Shown piece by piece: positions 27,974 through 38,346 of a stretch of 64,000 nucleotides of DNA. The DNA is from a virus. The stretch is taken from the IMG/VR virus record IMGVR_UViG_3300024518_000034, positions 32,001 to 96,000 of that record; one strand, 5' to 3'. The position numbers were made by a program, and so were the translations under genes. Under the pieces are notes generated by a model. That model made no database searches. It worked only from the letters and a program-made list of their open reading frames with translations, and was not told the DNA's origin. How positions within the stretch are numbered: the stretch's first letter is position 1; the number at the start of each line of letters is the position of its first letter.

Positions 27974-29328
27974 GAACAGCAGACGTTGAACTGGAAGAAG
28001 AAATTTTAGCAATGATGATGAAGGACAAAGGATTGGCGGTGTTTGGTTTGAAAGAACTAAATGAGACTGACTTTGTTACGGTGCATAAATCAATTTCTCC
28101 TTCAAGATATACAAACTTTATCTTCAGTAAGATAAAAGATGATATTGATTCAGGAAGCGACGGAAGTTCCACGATGATAATAAGTGGATTCAAAAGCGAT
28201 CCATTTGTTTCAGAAAAAAATCAGAAGTCATATGTAACATTAATTAAGAGACTGTCATCTATGAAGATTAAAAAGATGAATCATTCTTACTTTAAAAAGA
28301 AGTGTGACATGTTAGTGTTGGTAACTAGAAAAAGAGGAATGGATCTTCTAATTAGAGACGTGGTTATGTTTTTAAAGGAAGATAACGTTGTCAAAGCTGA
28401 AGACTCTTTTAAGAAGTATTTGAAAGATTTAAATAGAAGAGCTATGAGAACGGAGTCGGTGATTATCGACTGGAAAGAAAACTTCCCAGATCGAAAGATA
28501 AAAGTACAAGAAGCTATTCCAGATACAAACATCATTACTGGATTTCCGCCTATCGATGACAATTTTGGATCTATTACAAGAGGTGAGTTACATGTGATAG
28601 TGGGAAGAACTGGAGGTGGTAAGAGTGTATTGAAGCAACACGTAACTGCGAATGTTGTGAAGATGGGATATCCAGTTCTGTATATAACCAAAGAAGACAC
28701 CGAAGAAGAAGTCGCCCTAAGATTTGATGCACACTTCAGTAATATTGACCATCCGAAGTTCCACATGCATATGCTCAAACAAGAAGAGATAGAGGATTGG
28801 GAATCGAGTGTAAATAGAATTCCAGACAATCTTTTGAAAATCGTTTGCATGGGACAGTCGTTCAATATCGGTGACGTTAAGGCGATTATGAACAATCAGA
28901 TAAATGGAGGATTCAATCCGGCATTGGTTGTAGTTGATTATATTGGTTTGATGGAGCCAGTAGATAGAAGACTGCAAGATTATAAAGCTGTGGACAAGGT
29001 CGTGCAGGATTTGAAAGAGTTTGCTATAGAATATAATATTGGTGTGGTATCTAGCGCACAGTTAAGACCAGATGCATATGAGAAGGAAACAGTGGAGGTT
29101 GGAGATATCGCTGCATCTAAGTTAGGTATTTCAACAAACGTGAACGGACTGTACGCTTTCATAAATACGAGTTTGATGAAGGCACAGGGAGGGGCGACAG
29201 TGCAAGTGATGAAGGTAAGGTCTACGGGAATTAAAACAGAATTTTACACAGTGAATCCTAATTTTCACAGAATAACTATACATGAAGGCTGGAGAGCATT
29301 GAGGAATAAATACGAAAATGAACAATAA
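27970..29328 (+). CDS. dnaB: DnaB-like replicative helicase
   Basis: GRTGGGKS Walker A, VVVDYIGLM, SAQL motifs. Confidence 0.88.
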   Translation: MRTADVELEEEILAMMMKDKGLAVFGLKELNETDFVTVHKSISPSRYTNFIFSKIKDDIDSGSDGSSTMIISGFKSDPFVSEKNQKSYVTLIKRLSSMKIKKMNHSYFKKKCDMLVLVTRKRGMDLLIRDVVMFLKEDNVVKAEDSFKKYLKDLNRRAMRTESVIIDWKENFPDRKIKVQEAIPDTNIITGFPPIDDNFGSITRGELHVIVGRTGGGKSVLKQHVTANVVKMGYPVLYITKEDTEEEVALRFDAHFSNIDHPKFHMHMLKQEEIEDWESSVNRIPDNLLKIVCMGQSFNIGDVKAIMNNQINGGFNPALVVVDYIGLMEPVDRRLQDYKAVDKVVQDLKEFAIEYNIGVVSSAQLRPDAYEKETVEVGDIAASKLGISTNVNGLYAFINTSLMKAQGGATVQVMKVRSTGIKTEFYTVNPNFHRITIHEGWRALRNKYENEQ

Positions 29329-30349
29329 CATTTTAATATGTGGAGGAATTACAGAATTAGAAAAGTCAATCGCCAAGGTTGATATATTAGAGATACTTAA
29401 AAAGTATGCTCCAAGTTTGAGAAAGAGGAATGGAAAAGAATTTTTTGGACGATGCCCTTTTTCTTTTCACGAAGATAGAATTCCTAGTTTTGGTATCCAC
29501 GTTGGAGAAGGATCGAAAAAGGGAGTTTGGAATTGTGGTTGCGGTTCTGGCAACATAATTCGCTTTATGAAGAACGTTACCGGTGTGAATGACGAAGGGC
29601 AGATTGCAAAAATTTTAAAATTAAATCAATTAGCTAAAGGATCGTTTACTAATGAGACAGTACATCAATTAGAGAGCTTAATTGATGGGTGGGACAAGAC
29701 TAGCAATGATGACGTAACAAAAGAGGTCTTGCCAAAAATGAAACAAATAAAGCCTTTGATTGCAAAATATCTGATTGAGAAGAGGAAAAGGTATTCGGTG
29801 GAGGAAGCGTTGGAGGTGACGAGAGAATTTAGTTTAGGAGTGTCTATTGACTACGAAAATAATCCAGTGTATAATTGGATTGTAGTACCCGTTAAGGACA
29901 AGCGAGGGAAACTCATTATGTGGATTGCGCAACATCCCACTTCTAGAAGAAAATATAATGGAGGGAGAACTACGGGGCTATTGTTTAACATCAATAATGC
30001 CATAAAGAAGAACTGGGTGATTGTAGTAGAATCAATGTGGTGTGCGATAAGATTGAACATGTGGGGATATCCAGCGATTTCTACGTTTGGGGCTAGAATG
30101 GACGATATACAAGCAAAAACGATTAAAAAACACTGGAAAATGGTCTGTCTGTGTTATGACATGTATGACAAGGATTCGGCAGGCGCAAGGGCACAAAAGA
30201 AGGCGATCAAGCTTCTTACGCCGCAGTTGAAGGTAAAGACAGTGTTGTTGCCAAAAGGAAAAGATCCAGACAAGTGTACCAAGAAAGAAATGCAGGTAGC
30301 TTTAGATAACTCTTCTAGAGTGGGGATGATCAAAAACAGATGGACTTAA
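29318..30349 (+). CDS. dnaG: DNA primase (CHC2 zinc finger plus TOPRIM)
   Basis: CPFSFHED...WNCGCG; IVVES, CYDMYDKD, KDPD. Confidence 0.85.
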   Translation: MNNNILICGGITELEKSIAKVDILEILKKYAPSLRKRNGKEFFGRCPFSFHEDRIPSFGIHVGEGSKKGVWNCGCGSGNIIRFMKNVTGVNDEGQIAKILKLNQLAKGSFTNETVHQLESLIDGWDKTSNDDVTKEVLPKMKQIKPLIAKYLIEKRKRYSVEEALEVTREFSLGVSIDYENNPVYNWIVVPVKDKRGKLIMWIAQHPTSRRKYNGGRTTGLLFNINNAIKKNWVIVVESMWCAIRLNMWGYPAISTFGARMDDIQAKTIKKHWKMVCLCYDMYDKDSAGARAQKKAIKLLTPQLKVKTVLLPKGKDPDKCTKKEMQVALDNSSRVGMIKNRWT

Positions 30350-30353
30350 AAAG

Positions 30354-30968
30354 ATGAAGATAAAAAACAAACATGGGTATGTGGTAGCTACCAAAGGACA
30401 AGAGGCTAGAACGGCATTACTTTATTCTCATAAGGCAATTAATTATTTGGAGTGTTTTGCCAATATTACTCTATTTTTAAGAAATAGATTAGCAACGGTA
30501 AACATGATTCCAGAAGATAGCGACATGCCAGACAAGTTTGGATTTTCAGTAAACATGGTGGACAAGTATTGGCATTTAGCTAAGTCAGATGAAGGCGAGA
30601 GTGCTTTTCTAATTGACTATTTTGTAATAGAGAGAGACAGAAGGCCTAAAGGCAAGCCAATAATAAAGGGAAGAAAGCGCGGAGGGGTTGATGAATTAAT
30701 GTTGTGGTCTACCCAGGTGAATAGAATATTAGTAGATTGCGCTGTAGGGTGTTTTACTGACTATATGGTTGGAGATAGAAATTTTTCAGGAGCTTTGTGG
30801 TGGTCACATAAAGTTAAAGCTGTGGCTAGTAGGTATGCATATGAATTGGATTGTTATAGACAGATGTTGTGCCTTAGGCCTAGCGAAAATAGAATAAAAA
30901 CTTTGAAGGAATCTTATGGGTTAAGAATTTATAAGGAATTTGATAGAAATTTTTTGGAAGGAATATAA
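30354..30968 (+). CDS. hypothetical protein
   Basis: 204 aa ORF with no recognised motif. Confidence 0.6.
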   Translation: MKIKNKHGYVVATKGQEARTALLYSHKAINYLECFANITLFLRNRLATVNMIPEDSDMPDKFGFSVNMVDKYWHLAKSDEGESAFLIDYFVIERDRRPKGKPIIKGRKRGGVDELMLWSTQVNRILVDCAVGCFTDYMVGDRNFSGALWWSHKVKAVASRYAYELDCYRQMLCLRPSENRIKTLKESYGLRIYKEFDRNFLEGI

Positions 30969-30971
30969 AAT

Positions 30972-31262
30972 ATGACAGAGTATGCACCAATCTTCGATGA
31001 CTATTTTGATGGCAAAGATGAAGTGAAAACAGATCTAACTGGGTTAGACAGAAATAGTGCATTCCTGTTAGGAAAAGAATTAGGAAAAGCAGAGGAGCAT
31101 TTGAGCTTTACTCTGTCTGGATCTCCTCTAGAATCATTAGTAATTAGTGCAAGAAATGCAGAAACGTTGATGAAGTGGGCTAGAGAAAGAGGTGCGATGA
31201 GTCAAATAAGTAGACAGATCAGTGACGACTTATATATCATTGATTTTAAATTAAATAGATAG
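30972..31262 (+). CDS. hypothetical protein
   Basis: 96 aa ORF. Confidence 0.55.
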   Translation: MTEYAPIFDDYFDGKDEVKTDLTGLDRNSAFLLGKELGKAEEHLSFTLSGSPLESLVISARNAETLMKWARERGAMSQISRQISDDLYIIDFKLNR

Positions 31263-31271
31263 GAGAGGGTT

Positions 31272-31916
31272 ATGGCAAATGAATATGTAGTTGAGTACAA
31301 TGAAAAATGTCCTGAATGTAATGGAAAAATTTTAATAACGGAAGATTATAGTGAGGCTCAGTGTGAAGAGTGTCTAGAAGAGTGGACCTTGAAAGACGAA
31401 GAGGAAATCACAGATACTGATCTTAAAGAAGGTTATGTAGAGATAGGTGAAGAAGAAAATGTGGAACCAGATTACGATTTTGAAGAGGACGAAGAAGATG
31501 AAGTAATTGAGGGAGATTTTGTTGAGGTGCATGATTCGTCAGCACCAACTCCAATAGCACAGCGTACAGTTGACGAACATTTGGAAGAACATCTAAATAT
31601 AGATGAGTTGGCAGCGAAAGTGTTAGCTAAAGCGCTAGCGATGGCTGTGACGGTAATCGCAACGCCCCAAGAGCCAGTGATAGCAGAACCAACAAATCCT
31701 TTCTTAGATGGAACAAGAGAAAGCCAACTAATGGAAACTCTATTGACTGGTCCACAAAACTTAGAAGACATTAAGAAGGCTTTGCCTAAAACTAGAGGTA
31801 AGCCGCCAACTGCAAAGACAATTAAGAGTTGGGTAATGGCTTTGGATAATTTAAGAGATTGGAAGGTCATAGAAGAGGATGATAAGTTTTCTGTTGAAAG
31901 GAGAAGGGATGAGTAA
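31272..31916 (+). CDS. zinc ribbon / acidic tract / putative winged-helix protein
   Basis: CPECNG...CEECL; Glu/Asp-rich middle; helical C-terminal domain; GGAG RBS. Confidence 0.55.
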   Translation: MANEYVVEYNEKCPECNGKILITEDYSEAQCEECLEEWTLKDEEEITDTDLKEGYVEIGEEENVEPDYDFEEDEEDEVIEGDFVEVHDSSAPTPIAQRTVDEHLEEHLNIDELAAKVLAKALAMAVTVIATPQEPVIAEPTNPFLDGTRESQLMETLLTGPQNLEDIKKALPKTRGKPPTAKTIKSWVMALDNLRDWKVIEEDDKFSVERRRDE

Positions 31917-32538
31917 AGTAAAATTGCTAGAAAAACAATCGACACATAGAGAAGAGTGGACAAAGGATGATTACGTTGATAGAATACAAGCACAGATGAC
32001 ATCTTCACTGTACTTGATCTGTGTCATGTTCAAAGAACTTAAGGAAAAATTCTTTGAGAGAGAAGATGACGATGGACAGACGTGGACTAAATTTTGCAAA
32101 GATAGAATAGGAATTTCTAGGCATGCTGTTGCTGGTTATTTGAGAATAGGAAGATATGTATTACCAAGGATTTCTATAGATTTAGCAAACAAACTGGGAG
32201 TTGCAAAACTTCTTGTACTTTCCAAGTTAGGAAAGGATGCAGATTGGGATAAAATTCTAAATGAATTGCACGAAGAGGTAGAGTTGAAAACTATAAAACA
32301 TATAGCGGACAAATATGGTGGTGTCGAGAGAGAAGATAGACCAAGACCACTAAAAAAGACTGTCTCAACTTTAAGAAAAAATATTGAAGTTTTAGATGAA
32401 GATTTGAGAGCTTACTTGCCAAATCCTAACGATTTTGAGTCAAAAAAGAAATTCAAGGAAGTAGCAAACCAACTTTATAACCAAATGGATTCGTTGATGA
32501 ATATGATGAGAATGTTAATGAAAGGCGCAGACGAGTAA
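31909..32538 (+). CDS. DUF3102-like helical DNA-binding protein
   Basis: WTKFCKDRIGISRHAVAGYLRIG...LGVAKLLVL pattern. Confidence 0.45.
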   Translation: MSKVKLLEKQSTHREEWTKDDYVDRIQAQMTSSLYLICVMFKELKEKFFEREDDDGQTWTKFCKDRIGISRHAVAGYLRIGRYVLPRISIDLANKLGVAKLLVLSKLGKDADWDKILNELHEEVELKTIKHIADKYGGVEREDRPRPLKKTVSTLRKNIEVLDEDLRAYLPNPNDFESKKKFKEVANQLYNQMDSLMNMMRMLMKGADE

Positions 32539-35500
32539 TGAAATATACCCCTCTACATGGACATAGTGACTTTTCAATCTTGGACGCTTGCTCAAATGTA
32601 AAAAGCATTTGCAAACGAGCAGCAGAGATTGGACTAGAGCATATAGCACTAACGGACCATGGAACTATGGCTGGAATCTTTGAGTTTTACAAAGAAGCAA
32701 AGGCTGTAGGAATAAATCCTATTTTGGGAGTAGAGGCGTATATAGTAGAAGATAGATTGCAACTAGGACCAACAGATGAGCAAAAAGAGGGATTGAGCAA
32801 GCCTGAGCGCGATGCTTTAAATAAGAAGCATAGGAAGTATAATCACGTAGGTTTGATAGCTCAGAATGGGACAGGGCTTAAAAATTTATTTCATGTCGTG
32901 TCAGACGCTGCAAGAAATGGAACTTATTATAGACCAAGAACTGATTGGGATTATCTTGCAGAACATTCGGAAGGTGTGATAGCGCTTTCAGGATGCCTAC
33001 AGGGAAAAGCCAATAGGATGATTTTGGATGGAAATCTCGATGGGGCGTTGGCACACTTGAAGCAACTAAAAGACATCTTTGGTAAGAGAGTGGTGGCTGA
33101 ATTGCAAGTCAACGAAGCACCAGAACAAAAGATATGTAATGAAAAAATATACATGCTATCGAAAAAAGTAGGGATGCCGTTGGTAGTAACTAACGATTAT
33201 CACTACGTTTCTCCAGAGAGTGTAGAAGCGCACCGCATGTGTAAGTTCATTGATTACATAAAGGGCAGAGGAAAGAAGGATTTGGAGTTTTGTGGGTTTG
33301 AAGGCTATAGAACTACAGGACACTACGTAGCTTCTTATGATGAGTTGAAAAGTCTGTGGGTAGCAAATCACGGAAACATGACGACTGGAATTTTCGAAAG
33401 CGCATGCAGAAACACTATGAAAATAGCTGAAAGTTGCAGCGTGGACATAGACAATTCTCATAAGTTGGTAAAGTTTCCATTGCAAGAGGGAATGAGTAAG
33501 GAAGAGTACTTGAAGAAAGTGGTCACTCATGGGTGGAACAAGCGCAAACACAAATTTGTTGAAGGAAAAAAAGAAGAGTATACTAAGAGAATACAGAAAG
33601 AAATTAATCTGATTAAGAAGATGGGGTACTTAGACTACTTCTTCATGGTTCAAGACTTTATTCTATGGGCAAAAGGACAAGGGATTCCTATAGGGCCAGG
33701 CAGAGGTTCAGCGGCAGGCTCATTACTGTCCTGGCTACTTGAAATCACTCAAATTGACCCAATCAGATATGGGCTATCTTTTGAGCGTTTTTTGAACCCA
33801 CACCGCAAAAAAATGCCAGATATAGACGTTGATGTATGCAAGCGTCGTAGAGGTGAAGTTCTTCAGTATATGAAAGATAGATGGGGAGAGGAAAATGTTG
33901 CTGCGGTAGCCACATATCACAGATTTACTTCAAACTCTTTGTTTAGGGAAGTGTCAAGAGCGTTGGGATGTGAGTACAATACGTATAATGATATTGCTAA
34001 GAAAATTGACCACACTGATAATTGGGAAAACAACTTAGAGAAGAACAAAGAGTTAAAAAATTATGTAGATCAAAATGAAGATATAAATCTTTACATGGAT
34101 GAGTTAGATGGAAATATAAAAAACTTCGGAACTCATGCAGCAGCTATCATTATTACAAATGGAAACATTAGTGACTATTTGCCGCTACGAAGAACTACAG
34201 ATACGGCTGGCAATGTAAATATAATCACAGAAATTGAAAAAGATTTACTGGAGGCGTTTGGATATTTAAAGAAGGATATCTTGGGATTGAAAACTCTGAC
34301 GATAATTGCAGATACTGCAAAAGCGGCAGGAATGACATATGGAGATTTAGAGGACATTCCAGTTGACGATCCAGAAGTTTATAAAATGTTTAACGAAGGA
34401 GACACAGTAGGAGTATTTCAATTTCATGGTAGCGGTATGACAGATTTGGCAGTCGATATAGGCGTTGAGAACATGGAAGACTTGTCAGCCTGTAACACTA
34501 TGTATCGTCCAGCCGTTTTGAAAGCTGGAATCGATAAGAGTTTTATTAGAAGGCGAAGAGGAGATGAAGAAGTAACGTTTTTACATCCCAAACTAAAGGA
34601 TGTACTTGAACCAACAGAGGGGCTCATTATATATCAGGAACAGATAATCCACATTATGATGAAATTGGGATTAGATGAAGGCGAGGCTGATTTGATGAGA
34701 AATGACATGGAGAAGGTTTATAAGGGGGCGAAACCACAATCTGTGTTAGACGATTGGATAGAGAAAGCTAAAAATAGAGGGTTTGGTGAATTTGATGAAG
34801 ATGAAGCTGAAGATGTCATCGACCAAGTGATGGCGCAAATTGGTTATCTGTTCAATAAAGCTCACAGTGTGTCTTATAGTTTAATTGGATATATATGTCA
34901 GTGGCTTAAAGTTTACTATCCTTATGAATTTTTAACATCGTGCTTGAACAATGAGGAGAAGTTAGAAAAAATTGAAGAATATTTGGCGTACTTCAATAAC
35001 ACATATGAGGTTGATATTAAAATTGGAGATCTAAATAATTTTAGTGTAGATTTTTGTGTAGAAGATGAAGAAACAATTAAAGTTGGGCTAGAAAACACTA
35101 AAGGTCTTAGTAAGAAAGTGTTAGATATGGTAAACGATAATAGGCCGTATGATTCTATTATGGACTTTTTCTATAGTGACATTGATTGGCGTGTTTTAAA
35201 TAAAAGAAAAGTTCAGATAATGGCCGAGTTGGGACTGTTTGACGGACTGCCTATATATGAAGATGGACCGAAGATTGAACATGCAAATCAAATGAAAGGA
35301 TTTTATAACGGATTAAGAACATATGGTTCTGGTGAAACAAATCACTATGTAACACAAAAGCAAGATAGAGAAGTTTGGGGTAAGGTTTATGGAGATGTTG
35401 AATTGTACGACAGTCCTTCATTCGCTGACTTGGCTCAAAAGGAAGTTGAATATTTTGGTTTTCACATTGTGTACGATCCGCTGAGCTACATTAGAAATAA

Positions 35501-35795
35501 TTTTGATTTCAAGAAGATAGGAATGGTAATGCCAGGTACTTTGGCGGTGGGTGGAGTAGTTAATGGGATTAAGCTTCACATAGACAAGAAGGGAAATGAA
35601 ATGGCATTTGTGTCATTGAAGACTTTAGAGGACTTCAAAGACATTGTTATCTTTGCTAGCCAATGGGGACATTATAGTAAGAAGTTGAAGATTGGCTCTT
35701 GTGGTATATTTTTCTTAGCTATGTCGGATAGAAAGAGTTATATAGTAAGGAGATATGAAAAGGTAGAGTTACCTCACGGATATGATGGAGAATAA
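32538..35795 (+). CDS. dnaE: DNA polymerase III alpha subunit (family C)
   Basis: PHP domain (LHGHSDFSILD, TDHG, TNDYHY), GPGRGSAAGSL, catalytic PDIDVD, DILGLKTL, FNKAHS, C-terminal OB fold. Confidence 0.97.
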   Translation: MKYTPLHGHSDFSILDACSNVKSICKRAAEIGLEHIALTDHGTMAGIFEFYKEAKAVGINPILGVEAYIVEDRLQLGPTDEQKEGLSKPERDALNKKHRKYNHVGLIAQNGTGLKNLFHVVSDAARNGTYYRPRTDWDYLAEHSEGVIALSGCLQGKANRMILDGNLDGALAHLKQLKDIFGKRVVAELQVNEAPEQKICNEKIYMLSKKVGMPLVVTNDYHYVSPESVEAHRMCKFIDYIKGRGKKDLEFCGFEGYRTTGHYVASYDELKSLWVANHGNMTTGIFESACRNTMKIAESCSVDIDNSHKLVKFPLQEGMSKEEYLKKVVTHGWNKRKHKFVEGKKEEYTKRIQKEINLIKKMGYLDYFFMVQDFILWAKGQGIPIGPGRGSAAGSLLSWLLEITQIDPIRYGLSFERFLNPHRKKMPDIDVDVCKRRRGEVLQYMKDRWGEENVAAVATYHRFTSNSLFREVSRALGCEYNTYNDIAKKIDHTDNWENNLEKNKELKNYVDQNEDINLYMDELDGNIKNFGTHAAAIIITNGNISDYLPLRRTTDTAGNVNIITEIEKDLLEAFGYLKKDILGLKTLTIIADTAKAAGMTYGDLEDIPVDDPEVYKMFNEGDTVGVFQFHGSGMTDLAVDIGVENMEDLSACNTMYRPAVLKAGIDKSFIRRRRGDEEVTFLHPKLKDVLEPTEGLIIYQEQIIHIMMKLGLDEGEADLMRNDMEKVYKGAKPQSVLDDWIEKAKNRGFGEFDEDEAEDVIDQVMAQIGYLFNKAHSVSYSLIGYICQWLKVYYPYEFLTSCLNNEEKLEKIEEYLAYFNNTYEVDIKIGDLNNFSVDFCVEDEETIKVGLENTKGLSKKVLDMVNDNRPYDSIMDFFYSDIDWRVLNKRKVQIMAELGLFDGLPIYEDGPKIEHANQMKGFYNGLRTYGSGETNHYVTQKQDREVWGKVYGDVELYDSPSFADLAQKEVEYFGFHIVYDPLSYIRNNFDFKKIGMVMPGTLAVGGVVNGIKLHIDKKGNEMAFVSLKTLEDFKDIVIFASQWGHYSKKLKIGSCGIFFLAMSDRKSYIVRRYEKVELPHGYDGE

Positions 35796-36369
35796 AATGA
35801 GTAGAATTTTAACTATTGCAGGGGACCAGGACGTAGATATTGAAGAGATCACCAAAGATTTAGTATTACCCAAAAATGAATCCCTAAAAGAAATTATAAC
35901 AATGTGTTTGGTTATCTCTCATAAATATAGGAGAGGCGTTCCGACAATAGCAGGTGATACGGATAGGAAGTGTTTAACCGACGATTTAGCTAGGCTTGCT
36001 TATTTGCGAGACAGGTTTGCAGCGGTGTCTGCTCACTTTGAGGGAATTTTACACAAAGCAGAGGGCAGGTTTAAGAATCAGTTGGAAGGAGAGTTTTACT
36101 TAGACGCTAGGAAAGAGTTGGAAACAGAATATGAAGAGAAGTATGAAAGATATAAAAGGGGCGATATAGATAAGCCAAGACAACCAACAGATACTTATGT
36201 AAAAGCCTTGGCTGAAATGAAATCGAAAGATAATAGAAAGAGGTTAGCCGAGGCTCAAGGGAATGTTAAATATATTAGAGCGTTCTGGTCTTCGGCTATG
36301 GAAAGTGCTAACACATTGAAAGCTGTGTTGAAATACACAGAAAATCAAGGGTACGGGCCAAGTGAATAA
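35782..36369 (+). CDS. helical protein, possibly UvsY-like recombination mediator
   Basis: All-helical, next to the ssb/recA block; weak pattern only. Confidence 0.3.
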   Translation: MMENKMSRILTIAGDQDVDIEEITKDLVLPKNESLKEIITMCLVISHKYRRGVPTIAGDTDRKCLTDDLARLAYLRDRFAAVSAHFEGILHKAEGRFKNQLEGEFYLDARKELETEYEEKYERYKRGDIDKPRQPTDTYVKALAEMKSKDNRKRLAEAQGNVKYIRAFWSSAMESANTLKAVLKYTENQGYGPSE

Positions 36370-36395
36370 AAGTTAACATTTTTGGGCTTTTTAGC

Positions 36396-36423
36396 TTGAC
36401 TTTTTGGCCAAAAATGGTAGTAT
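36396..36423 (+). promoter_or_regulatory. sigma70-like promoter with extended -10
   Basis: TTGACT(36396)-16 nt-TAGTAT(36418), with TG upstream of the -10, in one of the few intergenic gaps. Confidence 0.65.
36401..36414. promoter_or_regulatory. perfect 14-bp palindrome, candidate operator
   Basis: TTTTTGGCCAAAAA in the promoter spacer. Confidence 0.4.
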
Positions 36424-36471
36424 GTATACTAAGAGTAAAACGAAGAATTTGGTAGGTAGAGGGGGTATAAA

Positions 36472-36702
36472 ATGGACATTGTCAAGATAACCAAAGAATA
36501 TGAAGAAGAAATTGTCACTCAGGATTTCACTGCTGTAAGAATTAGAAATATCGTAACCGGAACTCTATCTGAACAAGAACAGGAGGGTGGAGCTAAGGAG
36601 TTGCAGAAACATTCTGATAAGCTATTCGTAATAGCTAAGAAGTTGACAGAAAGAGACATTAAGAGGTTTTATAAAGACAATAATATAGAAGAGGAGATTT
36701 AG
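36472..36702 (+). CDS. hypothetical protein
   Basis: 76 aa, with GAGGGGG upstream. Confidence 0.6.
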   Translation: MDIVKITKEYEEEIVTQDFTAVRIRNIVTGTLSEQEQEGGAKELQKHSDKLFVIAKKLTERDIKRFYKDNNIEEEI

Positions 36703-36706
36703 TAGT

Positions 36707-37309
36707 ATGGCAAGAATTATAACAGTAGGTGGTCAAGGTGGAAGCTACGAGGCAGTTCCAGAAGATTATTACATGGCAGAAGTTGGCAAGATTGAATTTG
36801 TAGCTGATCAGAAGAATCACTTTACGGGAGAGCTTGAAGACAGATGGAAGCTTTTCTTCAAAGTAACTGAAGGCGAACATGCTGGTAAGACGTTCACAGG
36901 TTTGGCAAAGAATAGTACTCACCCAAAGAGTAAGTTAAGAGATTGGCTCAAAGCATTCTTTGGTCCACTGAAAGAGGGAGATCCAATTGATATTGATGAC
37001 ATTGTAGGTCGTCCATGTATGATTTATATTTCTCATGGAAGTTCTTTGAGAGACGATGGACAGCCGTGGTGTAACGTAAGTAAGGTTCAGAAAAAGCCAA
37101 ATAGTGGTGTTGAACTTATGAGTCCGTTGTCAGAATCAGAAGTTAGTGATCGTGATGGTGATGAAGCAGATGAGACAGAAGAAGCTTCAGAACCAGTGGT
37201 AAAAAAAACTAAAAAAACAATGGTAGGTAAGAAGAAGACTACAAAGAAAAAGCCGAAAGTTACTGTCCCAGAAGGAGAAGAGGAAGAGGAACTTGACGTA
37301 GAATGGTAA
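36707..37309 (+). CDS. single-stranded DNA-binding protein (DUF669-like OB fold)
   Basis: EAVPEDYYMAEV...FKVTEGEHAG...DIDDIVGRPC; acidic tail EEEEELDVEW; adjacent to recA. Confidence 0.65.
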   Translation: MARIITVGGQGGSYEAVPEDYYMAEVGKIEFVADQKNHFTGELEDRWKLFFKVTEGEHAGKTFTGLAKNSTHPKSKLRDWLKAFFGPLKEGDPIDIDDIVGRPCMIYISHGSSLRDDGQPWCNVSKVQKKPNSGVELMSPLSESEVSDRDGDEADETEEASEPVVKKTKKTMVGKKKTTKKKPKVTVPEGEEEEELDVEW

Positions 37310-38346
37310 AGGGAACTTTGAAAAGAAAAAAGAAAACATCAGAAGATGAATTGCCAGGAGATGACTATGAAGCTTTTATGGCTTGTCTGAAACCGCAAGT
37401 AAAATCTGGCTTAATTATGAGCTTAGGAGGGGAAAATTCTAAGCTAAAGGTAGATGCAATTTCTACGGGGATTGGCTCTCTAGACAAAGCATTGGGGGTC
37501 GGAGGGTTGCCGAGGGGAAGAATTGTAGAATTGTTTGGCCCAGAGAGTGGGGGAAAAACTACCTTAGCGCTGCAATGCATTGCCGCCTGCCAAAAGGCAG
37601 GCGGTATTGTAGTGTTTCTTGATGCTGAACATTCATTAGACCCAGTATGGGCAGGAGTGCTTGGTGTAGATACTGAAAAGCTAGCAATAGCACAACCGGA
37701 CTATGCCGAGCAGGCTTATGAGTTAGTTAATACCTTACTTGATAGTCCTAGGCCTCCCGATATGATAGTGCTAGACTCTATTGCAGCTATGCCTACAAAG
37801 AAAGAAATTGAAGGTGACGTAGAGGATCTACAAAAGCAGATAGGTTTGCAAGCTAGAGTGAACACGGGAAACTTGCGTAAACTTATGCCAAAACTATCTA
37901 GGGCTGGCACTGTATTTGTTATTATAAATCAGGTGAGAGAAAAGTTTGGTGGTGGATGGTCAGGTTATGGTCCAAACGAAACTACGCCAGGTGGAAGAGC
38001 GATGAGGCATGCTTACTCTGTTAGAATGTCAGTTAGAAAAGGTGAGATGATAAAAGAAGGACCAGAGTTTATCGGTAATAGAGTAAAGGTTAGAATTGCA
38101 AAAAATAAAGTAGCTGCACCATTTGGGAAAACTGAATTTCCTATATATTATGCAGAAGGAATAGATATAGTTTCCGATGTATTTATGAACGCAGTTGAAA
38201 AGGGAGTGGTTCTAAAAAAAGGTGCCTGGTATTTTTATGGCGAAGAGAAGTATCAAGGAAGGAAGGGACTGATTGAGGCATTAAAGAGTGATCAAGAGTT
38301 GTATCAGTCTTTGGCGGATGAACTCGATGCAGTAGAAGAAGAATAG
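37303..38346 (+). CDS. recA: recombinase RecA
   Basis: GGLPRGRIVELFGPESGGKTT, LDSIAA, INQVREK, TTPGGRA, KNKVAAPF. Confidence 0.97.
   Translation: MVKGTLKRKKKTSEDELPGDDYEAFMACLKPQVKSGLIMSLGGENSKLKVDAISTGIGSLDKALGVGGLPRGRIVELFGPESGGKTTLALQCIAACQKAGGIVVFLDAEHSLDPVWAGVLGVDTEKLAIAQPDYAEQAYELVNTLLDSPRPPDMIVLDSIAAMPTKKEIEGDVEDLQKQIGLQARVNTGNLRKLMPKLSRAGTVFVIINQVREKFGGGWSGYGPNETTPGGRAMRHAYSVRMSVRKGEMIKEGPEFIGNRVKVRIAKNKVAAPFGKTEFPIYYAEGIDIVSDVFMNAVEKGVVLKKGAWYFYGEEKYQGRKGLIEALKSDQELYQSLADELDAVEEE

Noticed and set aside
32538-38346. Inteins or group I introns in dnaE and recA
   Set aside because: Lengths are normal, motifs are continuous, and there are no intein termini or splice interruptions
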